A stretch of DNA of 64,000 nt, from NCBI RefSeq assembly GCF_006345805.1, contig NC_043002.1:80228001-80292000 (forward strand), in the 5' to 3' direction. The DNA comes from Octopus sinensis (Eukaryota). Within the stretch, counting starts at the first letter, position 1. Each line of letters opens with the position of its first letter. Positions 12,170 through 24,365 of the stretch are shown one piece after another. Below the pieces are notes generated by a model. That model had not been told where the DNA came from, made no database searches, and saw only the letters and a list, made by a program, of their open reading frames with translations. A program made the position numbers and the translations under genes.

Positions 12170-13732
12170 CCTGTTTAATCAGGATTGTCCGGTGGAGGGG
12201 ACCCTCCACCTTTTTTTTATCCAGGGTCGGAGGTGGACGGTCTTGGGAAATAGATTTGTCAAAATCCCGTCTCACCACCGACACAGAATTATCAGGTGGA
12301 GGGGGATCTCCACCTTTTCCTTTTCTCGCGGGATCGGAGCTGGTAATCCATGAAATATCGACTTGTTAAAATCTAATCTCAATGAAGATACAGTCTTTCT
12401 GTACTTATTTTGTAGAATTCTATAAGTCTTATTTGAGACTTCATATATGTCGTAATTGATAAATTCCTCTGAAAGGTTATCAATTTTTTTACAGTCTTTA
12501 TGAGTTGAATGTCTCTCATGAGCTCAGTATCTTTAGTGTATACGGCTATTATGCCTTTTTTTTCTTTTTTCTCTTCTGGCAGTCTTTTTTGGTCGTTGTT
12601 CTGTAGTAGTCGCCGCTCTCGGCTGGGTTGCTGGCTGTATTTTTCTTTGTTTGTTGTTTTTTTCTCATCTGTTTCTTTCTTTATCTTCTTCCTCTTTGTC
12701 TTTTTTCTCCTCTTCCTCCTCTTCTTCATTTTCCTTGCAGTTCCTTCGAATGTGGCCTAATTGACCACATAAAAAACATCGAGGTTTTCGGCCCTCAACA
12801 AACACCACGAGGTTCTCCTCCCCTACCTCAATTGTCTCAGGAATTGTTTGAATTATTTTAGGGTCCGCTTGAATGAGAAGATTATTGTTTTACCATCCCA
12901 GCGTGGGTTTTCCGTAGCGGTAGCCTGGAGGAGAGTAATTTTTTCTACCTCTTTGATTAGGACTGCCGCCAACAACCACATAGGTTCGACCTCTGGCGGG
13001 ACCCTTGTAATTTTTATTCGCGACGTCCTCATCCCCCATATAATAGGGTATTAACTCCACGTCGTTCGTTTTCAACGTTTCCACTACTGAGTTCTTGTGT
13101 GCTATTTCTTTATTGGTGAACCTTACTTCCACCGTTCCGAATTTTTTTCCTCTTCTCAGAAATACTACGTCGCCCAATATTGGCTTTAAGCACTTTTCTA
13201 TTTTCTCTTCTGACATTCTTTCAATTTTTCTATTTTGTAGACAATATGTTTTGAAAATTATTGTTTTTTGCTTTTCTTCCTGTAATAACTTTTGCGGAGG
13301 TTCAATTTTCACACTGTTGTCATTTATTTCCATCATTTTGCTGTATTTCATAATTTCGCTTTTATTCGTCGACAGTATCTGGGTTCCACCCCCAGCAGCC
13401 AACGCAAAACTTTTTTTTTCCATTTTTTGGTTCTATCTGGATGCTAGGCACATCAATTATTCTCTTCGACACAATGCTTTGTTCTCTGGCAAAGTCGGAA
13501 ACTCTTCTGGTGAAAGTTCTGACGAGCTCTCAGACACATCTCCAAAAATATCAAATATATTATCCTCTCTGCTATTCCTTCTTGTAGCGGGGGAAACCCC
13601 TATTTCCTTGTCTGTAGTTGGCTCCTCGCCGGACATGTATTTCCTCCTCTCAACAGGAGAAACAAGTATTTCTGCTCCAACGGTAGGCTCCATGCTAGAC
13701 GACATTCTTCCCCCCAAAGGGGGAATGAACAA
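12170..13732 (-). pseudogene. LINE ORF1 (gag-like), frameshifted
   Basis: Track pieces 13457-13732 and 12890-13423 (RRM-like FGTVEVRF); my translation gives VFVEGRKPR-CFLCGQLGHIRRNC (CX2CX4HX4C at 12737-12778), then a charged low-complexity tail. This is a Tx1-type ORF1 layout. Confidence 0.8.
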
Positions 13733-13885
13733 CGCGTGCTACCACAAGCACTAAGTGTTTTCAATTGAAAACTCCAACAGTTAAGTTATTCAACAGTTTA
13801 ACAAGAAACAACAGTTGTTAACAATATTAACACCACGAAACAGCCATTCTTACTTCACGAACACATGCGCGGCAGACGAAATACG

Positions 13886-13934
13886 GCTAAGCATTTCGCC
13901 TGGCGTGTTAAGGTTTCTGCCAGTTTGCCGCCTT
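13886..13934 (-). mobile_element. SINE-B head (5' part of the split host SINE)
   Basis: AAGGCGGCAAACTGGCAGAAACC...GAAATGCTTAGC on minus; host TSD ATTTTGAAAGCACTATAT at 8154-8171 and 13935-13952. Confidence 0.92.
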
Positions 13935-14029
13935 ATTTTGAAAGCACTATATTCTGAAACGTTTATTCTTCCGCTGCGCGGGTTTTAGCTGCTTATTTTT
14001 AACGTATGCAAATTCAGCTGCTCGATATA

Positions 14030-15460
14030 TTTTAGTCTTATTCTGATTAATTTATCCTGCAGCATGAAAACCTTCAATCTTTCTTGTTCATTTATAAAAC
14101 TGCATTGTTCTAGACCCTTTAGCACTTCACCTGTCAACTGTACAAACTTATCAATAGAGATTCTTTTCTACTACAGTTTTCTCATTTTCATTGCTGCTAT
14201 CTTCCATTTTTTCCTTTCTCGAGACTGACAATCATCTGCTGTCTATTTCTGAGCCAATATTGTGATGAACAGTAGCTACAGAGTCATCTACAGTCATCTA
14301 TTCTACAAGATTGTCTTCATTCATTATTGACAACAGTATTAGTCAGATCATGAACCAAATAAAGTAGTTCCTGTATAACCTAATTTTCTTTTGAAGCCTT
14401 ACAGTCTAAAATCATTTCCAGTGTCTTCGTGACATAGACATTAAAACTGATCACAATTTATGACTTCAGTTTTTAGTGAGGATGTATCCTCAAATTTCAA
14501 AGAATCGCATTTCTTTACTGCCCACAAGAGACTAAACATAGAAGGGTCAAACAAGGACAGACAAAGGGATTAAGTATATTACAGTGCGTAACTGGTACTT
14601 AATTTATCGACCCAGCAAAGTCGACCTCGGCGGAAATTGAACTCAGAACGTAACGGCAGACGAAATACCGCTAAACATTTCACCCGATTCGTTAACGTTT
14701 CTGCCATGACATCTTAAGGAACTAATGTAGTAGTCTTCAAGGACTAAATTCATTTGTCAGGCGCTTCATAAGTACGGAACAACATACAGATTTAAGAGAA
14801 CGGGCTTTGTAATTGTCTAATTAATGAGGTTGGAGTGATAGAAAAAGAACATATTTTCGAGTATGTGGAGCAGTATGAAAAATAAGCATTGTCTGTAGTG
14901 ATTTTGGCAAGAAGGCCCCAGTGTCCTCTTGCTTTGAGAACAATAAATTTTTGAACCAGGTCTATTAGAATGTTGGATATTTTCCACTTCTTGTTCACAT
15001 GATAAATCACCAGAAATTGCCTTACGGTTGAAGATCCATAATCTTCACCGATAATCAGTAATTTACACTGGTGACTTACAGCTGCAGTTATTTATCTCTT
15101 CAGTTGTACTTCAAATTTTGTAACCCTGCTTTTCGAAATCTAACCTCAATTAGGGCGATGAGTGACGGTCTGGGATTCTTTGTCATATACATGTAGTAAA
15201 TAACTTTATTTCTACAGGGTGACAATCAACGCAGTGTCTATTTAAAATATTGAAGCACTCCATACTTGTCATATGTCAGGCATTTTATTGATGTGAATTT
15301 TCAGTCCCATTTAGATTAGACACCTCCACACTATACCAAAACGAAAACAATTACTGTCTTTTGGTTCTCCGACTCTCATATAAACCAGCATTTCAAACCA
15401 AATAACTCATTTAACCTGAATTAGGGATTCTACAGAGTATTGTGAAAACAAATGAACTTG
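14030..15460 (-). pseudogene. Highly decayed pogo/Tigger-like transposase remnant, interrupted by SINE-B
   Basis: Manual translation gives ITAAVSHQCKLLIIG, TDNAY, TPTSLI and C-terminal EVLKGLEQCSFINEQE, loosely like the DDE_1 family; many stops. Confidence 0.35.
14503..14708 (-). mobile_element. SINE-B monomer with internal deletions
   Basis: Tail, GTCGAC core and head TGGCAGAAACGTTAACG visible. Confidence 0.85.
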
Positions 15461-16377
15461 TCTCCCATCAGTTAGACGGAGTTGAAGACTGCTGTAGGAA
15501 CCACTTGGGTTATTATTATATCTGAGAAGTATCACATGTCAGTATTTTTAAAATATATTTCGACATATCGTGTTGTAATTAAAGTCAGAGAAGCTTCAAC
15601 TAAGTGCGAACTGACCATCCATTCCCACCTTCAGAATTTCGACTAACTTGCTCAATAGCGATGCTTTGGGGTTTAAAACATTCTTATACACACACGTACA
15701 CACATACATACACACACACGCACACACACACAAACTTTATCGACCGCACATACTCAATATATGTTATGTTCTGCTTGTATGTCGGCAGGCTGTGGTTTAG
15801 CGCGGTGGGGATGGCTCCTTCAAAGCGTTGATTGTTAAAGCACCTCAACTTCATAGACAGGCGAGACAACTCGCGTCAAATCCCATACAAGAGTGATGGA
15901 TATCTATATATCGCCTTTTTTGTGGCTTATCAACATTACATATCTGTATTGAATCGGAGGCGAACTGAATCTCGCCTGTCTATGACTATATACAGATAAA
16001 GTGAAAACCATTCGCTGGTGTGCTACGACGATGTACCGTACGGTTAACTTCAAATAAGAATTAGAAGCAGCGATAATGTTGCAAACATTATCGACCGCAC
16101 ATACTTAATGTATGTGTTTTGCTTATTCTCCGATTCGTTGCGGCATAGCGCTTTGGAGACGACTCCCTCATAGCACTGGGTGTTTAGACCGTCGAGACAG
16201 CTCGCCACTTTGAGGGAGATTTCCTCATCGCACTAAATCGCAGCCTACTGTCGAACAAGAGGAGCGCGTACATTGAGCACATGCGCTCGATAATACTTAC
16301 AACAGTACCGCTGCTTCTAATACACATTTATATATAGCAAGCTGGTGCTTCGTGTATCCTCTAATATAATTAAGACT

Positions 16378-16407
16378 ATAATAATAATATTAATATTAAT
16401 AATAATG

Positions 16408-16446
<39 letters not shown>
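16378..16446. repeat. (TAA)n microsatellite
   Basis: Directly visible. Confidence 0.95.
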
Positions 16447-16449
<3 letters not shown>

Positions 16450-16998
16450 GATCACATCTCACTCCTCTGGAACTTCACCGTTCAAACTGACAGAGAGATA
16501 GATGCGAATAGACCAGATGCGAATATTGAAAGACTCCAGATAAAATACATGCCTCCTCATGACTGTCCCAATCGACATAAGTGTATCTGTCAAGACCTAC
16601 CAAAAGCTGAGCAAGTATAATGATCTTGCAATAGAAATTGGCAAAATGTGGAGCCTCAAGAGTAAAACAATACCTGTTTTCATAGGTGCCCTATGAATGA
16701 TAGCAAAAGAGGCTGATTCCTACCTAGCTCGGATACCAGGAAACCCTAAAATGGCAGAAATTCAAAAGATAGTGCTAATGGAAAATGCCCATATCCTATG
16801 TAAAATACTGTCTATATAATCTCAAATTTTAAAACAAACTTATAATTTTCTTGTTTTCTTAAACATTCTTTATGTGCAAAACCAAATATATGACACGCTA
16901 GGCATAATACCAACTTGAACTTCTAACTTGTCTCTTGAGATCTCTGGGTGAGACTTGGAGTCAACTTGTACAAATACAAAGCTAAAGTCAACATAAAA
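16447..16998 (+). mobile_element. 5'-truncated R4/Dong-like (restriction-like endonuclease) retrotransposon 3' end
   Basis: Translation LLWNFTVQTDREIDANRPD...QKLSKYNDLAIEIGKMW...TIPVFIGAL...IQKIVLMENAHILCKILSI*, an RLE C-terminal pattern; starts in (TAA)n. Confidence 0.8.
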
Positions 16999-17057
16999 TA
17001 ATAATGATGATGATGATGATGATGATGATGATAATGATGATGATGATGATGATGATA

Positions 17058-17089
<32 letters not shown>

Positions 17090-17124
17090 AACAACAACCA
17101 CAACGACAACTGCAGCATGCGCAT

Positions 17125-17432
17125 CGTGTTTGCTACTTGCAGCCTACGGTACCATGCTATCTGTTCTTTTCAGCTAATACCTGCTTATTCTGGCCGTGAC
17201 AAGGAGGCAAACCTTTTTTAACAGTTCTAATCTGCACTCTGTTCCAATTTCTGATACAGTTCTCAAGGACCCAACAATAATTGGCATTATCTTCATCTTC
17301 GTCATTTTCCATAGCCGGGCTATTACGTAATTAAGAGGGTTGTATTTATCTATTTTTTCGCCTTCCTTCTTGAATATTCATGGGTCAAAGTGGCATGCAT
17401 CATCAACTATATAGCACATGTGGTGCATCTTT
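17125..17432 (-). mobile_element. Second RLE-type (R4-like) 3' remnant
   Basis: Translation IVDDACHFD...KEGEKIDKYNPL...IARLWKM...MPIIVGSL...LLKKVCLLVTARISR; abuts (TTA)n. Confidence 0.65.
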
Positions 17433-17433
17433 A

Positions 17434-17520
<87 letters not shown>

Positions 17521-17705
17521 TGAAAGAGTGCATGCCATCAAAGTGACACTGGGGTAAAATATGCGAAGCCCAGTATACCCATCATGACTACCCATCTGAT
17601 AAGAGTACACTAGGTACATGCATCACAACCATGTATGCGCGACATAGTGATCTCCTAGCAAGATAAACAGCATATGACCTTGCTGTCTATCTTGGTTTGA
17701 GATCC

Positions 17706-17769
<64 letters not shown>

Positions 17770-17780
17770 CATTATTATTA
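17433..17780. repeat. (TTA)n and (GTA)n arrays around a short interspersed repeat fragment (17521-17690)
   Basis: Arrays directly visible; the middle fragment is unclassified. Confidence 0.8.
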
Positions 17781-18456
17781 CATATCGCATTTTTCATTGT
17801 TCTAACCAAGGAAAGCATAAATGTTTGCTGATATCAAAATACTGGGAATAGATCAGCTCAGATTTAGTGAACATAATACAAGTGAAATTTTGACCTTCCG
17901 ACTACACTGGATACAAATATACATGTACGCTAACTAATTGAGGTGCACCTGTAAATCGCTTGGTTGAACTAACGTCGGATGTTAAAGCAGACATCATAAT
18001 ATTTGTTCTATACTGAATTCTCATTTAGCAGATAGATTAACTCAACGAATTAAAGTAAATAACAACTTATAAGCTGTTGGCTCAGCATCAAGTTTTGCAC
18101 GAATTATTACCTACTTTTTTCAGGGTCCAAGTTAAAACTCCCAGCGCCCATCTATCTAAATTCTGGACTTTATTTAAAACTCTTACAAGACTAAGATAAA
18201 TTAAATTGGGATGCCTCAATCCAGAATAGAAAATTGCATTATAAGTGTAATCCTTCGAGAAATTGCCACAACTATACGCACGGAACAAGCAGAGTAAAAG
18301 TACCAATTTTTTAACTATTGATTAACTAGTTACTAATAATTGCGTATATGCATTAATTAAATTATAAATAAGGGCGAAAAAACGTGCAATACAATCCTGA
18401 GAATAGATAGACACACAGACAAACAGACAGACAGATAGATAAGTAGATAGATAGAC

Positions 18457-18587
<131 letters not shown>

Positions 18588-18769
18588 GGATAGACAGAGA
18601 TAGATAGATAGATAGATAGAGACAGACAGACAGAGGAAATTAAAGGGAAACAACCTTACCAAATAGCTGTGGATGTTAGGATTTCAAAGCAATGTTATGA
18701 AATTCCTTGCTTGCGTTTTGTATATCAATACAATGTTTTCGAATATGTTGACCTACACAGAAGTATTTC

Positions 18770-18900
18770 CACGGGTCCCGCTAGTAATAATTATTTTTAT
18801 ATATTTATAAAACTGAGTCAGGACCAAACTGAACATTGCCACGCACTAAATCCGACTGTTAGACACTCTCATTCTAACCACTGTGCCAGTTCCAATTGAA
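18770..18900 (-). mobile_element. Degenerate CORE-like SINE head
   Basis: GGCACAGTGGTTAGAATG A-box-like sequence on minus. Confidence 0.5.
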
Positions 18901-19552
18901 GTTGTTGAGACAAAATGATACCACGGAGTACCTAAACGGCTTGTATATAATTTCAAACCACAGCGTTTATATTTCAAATCCCATGAGTTATAACTGATTC
19001 GTTCAGCCATAAGACGTTTCTGAATTAAGAGTTGGGATCGATCACATCGAATATATTTCTCATTATATATTTGTTGATTTATAACAATATGAGAAAGTGG
19101 GACGAAGAGAGAAGCGGCGAAGATATTTAAGAAGATTGTAAAGACTTTAGTACGAAATTATTGAATAACGACAACAAAAGGGTTCAGAGAGAGAGATTCA
19201 TGTTGTTGCCTTTCATCTTCTCCAAGATCTTACAACATCAGTACAGGGGTTCAAACCAATCGATTATACCTTTCTCTAATAAATTCAAACGATCTTTATA
19301 AACGATCAATTGTCAGATTTGAATTGTTTCAGTAGAGTGACTTGGCTGGTGAGTAAACGCGAATACAATGGTTGATGCAGAGGGGCACACAGTTCGGAGA
19401 TGGAGAAGCGATGTAGAATGGTTTTTTGTACGGAGGACAAACAACTAAAGTTGGTGGCATAAAACAAACGAGTTAACATAAAACGTGACAGCATGTACGC
19501 ATGTAACATTTTTCAGGATGTAAATCATTATTCTTTATTATTATTATTATTA

Positions 19553-19601
<49 letters not shown>

Positions 19602-19603
19602 CA

Positions 19604-19652
<49 letters not shown>

Positions 19653-19659
19653 TATTACG

Positions 19660-19735
19660 AAGGCGGCGAGCTAGCAAAATGCTTAGCACGCCGGGCAAAA
19701 TTTCGCCCGTCGCTACGTTCTGAGTTCAAATTTCT
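19660..19735 (+). mobile_element. SINE-B 5' fragment
   Basis: AAGGCGGCGAGCTAGC...GTTCTGAGTTCAAAT. Confidence 0.8.
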
Positions 19736-19769
19736 CCTAGATCAGATTTATATATATATATATATAACA

Positions 19770-20110
19770 AAATGCTTCAGCACAAATCTTGAGAAGTTAG
19801 GATTTACAAAGGCAGAAAGGAGAAAGATAATTACAAGGTTGCATATACAAAATACCAAAGGAACTATCAAAATAAGTCAAACTTCCCAAAAGCTTAACTT
19901 TTAAGTACATATAGATGTGTCTAGCCATGCAAAGATGTGCAGGAGAATACATATATAAAACAAAACATAGAAAAATGCCCCAGTAGTGGGACCAGATATC
20001 GTACTCATATACACAGACATGCACAAATACCCAGTTTGATGTAGTTGAAATTCAAATGAAGGAGCCTTGGATCTAGGTTAGAAACTGACACTTTCTCCAG
20101 TGGCATGAAA
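19770..20110 (+). mobile_element. Probable non-LTR retrotransposon 3' remnant
   Basis: Short coding-like stretch LEKLGFTKAERRKIITRLH followed by UTR-like sequence; clade uncertain. Confidence 0.4.
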
Positions 20111-20730
20111 CGCCTACGTACATACATACATATACATGCATACATACATACATACATACATACATACATACATACATACATACATACATACATACATACA
20201 TACATACATACGTACATACATACATGTACGTTTGTTTAAAACTTTGCGTGAAGTAGTAAAATGTTATAAGAACAACGGGTCCTAACTGACTGTGGTGTAT
20301 ATGAATGTTGAATCTCTAGGGTCCAGCTTAACTTAGCACATCAAAGTAAAACAGGAACAGTTGAATGAGACGTATTTTTTATCGTTTGTCATTACAGATT
20401 AATTCGTACAGTTTTGTTATTACATATATAAACAAGCAGCCTACTGACCTCATCTCACCCATAAAACATTTCTGGTCGTGTGATTAGCTTCTATAATTAC
20501 CGTTTTATTGAATTATATACTTGGAGACAAACATGCATGAAAATGTACGTATATGCGTACGTGACAGTACTCATAACTATTACAACTTATATATATGTAT
20601 ATGTGTGTGTGACTGTGAGAATGTGTGTATGTGTGGTTGTATATATACATATAGATATATGTATATATACATATAGATATATGTATGTATATACATATAT
20701 ACATTTACGTGGTATATATATATATATAGA

Positions 20731-20781
<51 letters not shown>

Positions 20782-20944
20782 TGATAAAGAGAGGGAGAGA
20801 GTGAAATAGATAGCTAGACAAGCAGATCGTTCCGAGGCATTCATACAAACATAAATCTAGAAATGTATGTATACGTATATATATACATACAAACACACAA
20901 GCACACACACACACACACACACACACCACACACACACACACACC

Positions 20945-21011
<67 letters not shown>

Positions 21012-21014
21012 TAA

Positions 21015-21243
21015 TGGAGGCGCGTGGCTTAGTGGTTAGGATGTTAGCATCATGATCGTAAGATTGTGGTTTCGATTCCTGGACCGGCCGACGCGTTGTG
21101 TTCTTGAGCGAAACACTTCATTCCAAGTTGCTCCAGTCCACTCAGCTGGCAAAAATGAGTAACGTTCCGATGACTGGCGTCCCGTTCAACTGGGGAGTAC
21201 ATGCGCCATAGAAACCGGGAAACCGGGCCCATGAGACTGGCTA
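21015..21243 (+). mobile_element. SINE with D/E-type head and C-type tail
   Basis: GGAGGCGCGTGGCTTAGTGGTTAGG...GGTTTCGATTCC...TTCTTGAGCGAAACAC...GACTGGCGTCCCG...GAAACCGGGAAACCGGGCCCATGAG. Confidence 0.85.
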
Positions 21244-21688
21244 TATATATATATATTTATATATAATTGTATAAAATTAGACAAATCTTGCATGAATATA
21301 TATGTATAAAACAGTATTTCTGTCTCTATTTATATATAAGTATGGATACGAACATTCAGAATGCACACGTACACACATATAGATTGAAACTCTGAGTAAC
21401 AGCTTTTGTGATATATTTGCTGCCTTTTTGATAAATACACACACACACACACATATATATATATTTATATAGAGGACAAGAAAAATTAACAACACGAGGA
21501 CGTAGCATATGCAAAGTATTAAGTATACGTTCGGAGAAAGAAAGAGTGGTTGCCTTATGTTTCGAGCATAGCTCTTCTTCAGAAGCAGGAGACATGGGAG
21601 AGATCAAAGGAGAAGGAAGGAGAAAAATACCCTACTCTGTCCACGTGAAGTTGCTATTTTGAATGTACATTCATATATGTCAATATAT

Positions 21689-21754
<66 letters not shown>

Positions 21755-21759
21755 TATTA

Positions 21760-21793
<34 letters not shown>

Positions 21794-22094
21794 TGCGTTT
21801 ATGCTATTACTAAACATTTTTACATCAAATTCGAGGATTACCCATCACATTTAGTCCGGTACAAATTTATTATTCTTTATCTAGCGTAGTATTGACAGCG
21901 ACTTCGAATACATGTAGCTATGAACGTATACTTATATGCATTTGCATGTGTGTGTGTATATTTGTGTATGTGTGTGAACGCGTGTGTAAGTGTGTGTATG
22001 TGTATGTATACATATACACACGTACATACATACATATATACATACATGTATATGTATATACACACACATAGATATGTATGTGTACGTTGGAATG

Positions 22095-22210
<116 letters not shown>

Positions 22211-22531
22211 TGGTGCTGTTGGTAATGATAACGACAACGAAGACGTCGACGATGCGGATGTTGACACTGATGTTAGTGATATTGAGTAATGAACAATGAT
22301 GGTGGTGTTGGTGGATGTTTCTGACGAGAAATAAGAGAAGGAGGAGGAGGAGGAGGGGGAAAAGTGGGGGAACAGAAGGAGGTGCATTTGGTGATTGTTG
22401 AATGTGAGGATGTGAAGTGGAACACGAGTGGAACAAACATATGTCCACGATTGTACATGTTCATTTAGTCCTGTCACAAACTGCGTGTGTAAATGTGTGA
22501 GTGTGTGAGCGTGTGTGTGTGAGCGTGTGAG

Positions 22532-22565
<34 letters not shown>

Positions 22566-22875
22566 AGCGCGCAGACGTGTGTGTCTGTATACACGCACGC
22601 TTCTGTTCGTTGCACGTTAGCGGAAGTACATGCGATCATGGATGTGTATTTACATAAAATTGCGTGCGTGCGCGCACGCACCTGCATATACGCATCAGCA
22701 TGTGTTTGCGTATGTGGCCTTGTGTCTGTACGTGTGTGTGAGTGTGTGTGCGTACGCTTGAGTGTACTGTGTGAGTGTAAATGCATGTTTCTGTTTATAT
22801 GTGTGAATGTGTGCGCGTGTTTGCGTGTATACGTGTATAAAGTATAACTTTATGTATACGTAATTTAAGTTTTGT

Positions 22876-23190
22876 GGAGGCGCAATGGCCCGGTGGTTAG
22901 GGCAGTGAACTCGCAGTCAGAGTACCGCGGTTTCGATTACCAGACCGGGCGTTGTGTGTTTTTTTTTGACCGAAAAGACCTAGATCTCCACGAGGCTGCG
23001 GCAGCGGGTTGTGGCAAACTCTCTTGTACTCTTTCGCCCCCAACTTACTCCCACTCCTTCTTCCTGTTTCTTGAGTAACGCTGCGAGGGACTGGCGTCCC
23101 GTCCGGCTGGGGGGAACACATACGCCATAGAAACCGGGAAACCGGGCCCATGAGCCTGGCTAGGTTTGAAAAAGGGCGTATTAATAAAAA
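22876..23190 (+). mobile_element. SINE-C, full length
   Basis: GGAGGCGCAATGGCCCGGTGGTTAGGG (A box), GGTTTCGATTACC (B box); matches 37733-38058. Confidence 0.9.
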
Positions 23191-23369
23191 AATAAATAAT
23201 TTGATTTAATGTGTGTACTGGTGCATATGTTTGTGTTTATACACGTGCGTGTATGCAAGTATTGTGTATTTGCCAACAATGTACACAAGCATACACCCTC
23301 ATGTGTGTATATATATATATATATTTTTATATATATATATATATATCATCACCATCATCATCGCACCCG

Positions 23370-23730
23370 GTGTAGATGTGTGTCAAAAAGCTTGCTTCCC
23401 AACTACGTGACTCCGGGTTCAGTCTCACGACATGTCACCTAGGGCAAATGTTTTCCACTATAGCCTCGGGCTGACCAAAGCTTTGTGAGTGGATTTGGTA
23501 GACGGAAACTGAAAGAAGCCCATCGTACATATATATATATATATAATAAACACACACGCACACGCACGCACACACATATATATATATATATATGTATGTA
23601 TGTATATGTAAATATATTTATGTGTGTGTATGTCTTTGTGTTTGTCACCACATTACCTCTTGACAACCGGACAACCAGAACGGTTGTGTTTACGGCCGCG
23701 TAATTTAGTGGAGCAGCAAATGAGACTGTT
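23370..23730 (+). mobile_element. SINE-A, degenerate
   Basis: GTGAGTGGATTTGGTAGACGGAAACTGAAAGAAGCCC core. Confidence 0.8.
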
Positions 23731-23778
23731 ATACTATTTTGCTTGGACACAACAAATACGCAAATATGCACACACACA

Positions 23779-23836
<58 letters not shown>

Positions 23837-23859
23837 GTACTGGCGAAGAAGGATGATCT

Positions 23860-23906
<47 letters not shown>

Positions 23907-23908
<2 letters not shown>

Positions 23909-24121
23909 GGGTGGCCCAAAAGTAAGTTTACAGTTTTACATCTATCTCTTTCGCATTCACATATTAACTGTTTAAATCTTAATTATAAAAAAATATGAAA
24001 CTATTATTTTATGTTAATTTAGTTAATTGTAAGATAGAAATTTAAATGTAATAAAATATTTTTGAAAAGAAATTTAAAGTGCCTACGTGATAACTGTAAA
24101 CCTAATTTTTGGGCCACCTTG
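23907..24121. mobile_element. Tc1/mariner-type MITE
   Basis: TIR CAGGGTGGCCCAAAAGTA(A/G)GTTTACAGTT; TA at the right end; an extra right end at 24183-24236; another copy at 40324-40537. Confidence 0.85.
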
Positions 24122-24296
24122 TATGTAAATAGATATATCTATCTATATGTTTTTCTCTCTCACTCTCTCTCTCTCTCTCTCTAAAGGAAATTTAAAGGGC
24201 CTACATAACTGTAAGCCTACTTTTTGGGCCACCCTGTATGTGAATAGTCATATCTATCTTTATGTTTCTCTTTCTCACTCACTCACTCCCTCTCTC

Positions 24297-24342
<46 letters not shown>

Positions 24343-24365
24343 CCTCTCTAACATTGGTTGATTTG

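Larger units (their letters stand above)
8522..13869 (-). mobile_element. Full-length L1/Tx1-clade non-LTR retrotransposon (~5.35 kb)
   Basis: ORF1 with a CCHC knuckle; ORF2 with APE, RT and a C-terminal zinc finger; perfect 16-bp TSD CGGCAGACGAAATACG at 8506-8521 and 13870-13885. Confidence 0.95.

Noticed and set aside
12161-12170. TGATG stop-start overlap between ORF1 and ORF2
   Set aside because: ORF1 frameshifts prevent knowing which frame ends there.
17895-17955. Single Tc1-like end (TACAGGTGCACCTC on minus)
   Set aside because: No partner TIR found.
18088-18306. LRHPNLI resembling a kinase subdomain
   Set aside because: Isolated motif with no neighbouring kinase motifs or partner exons.
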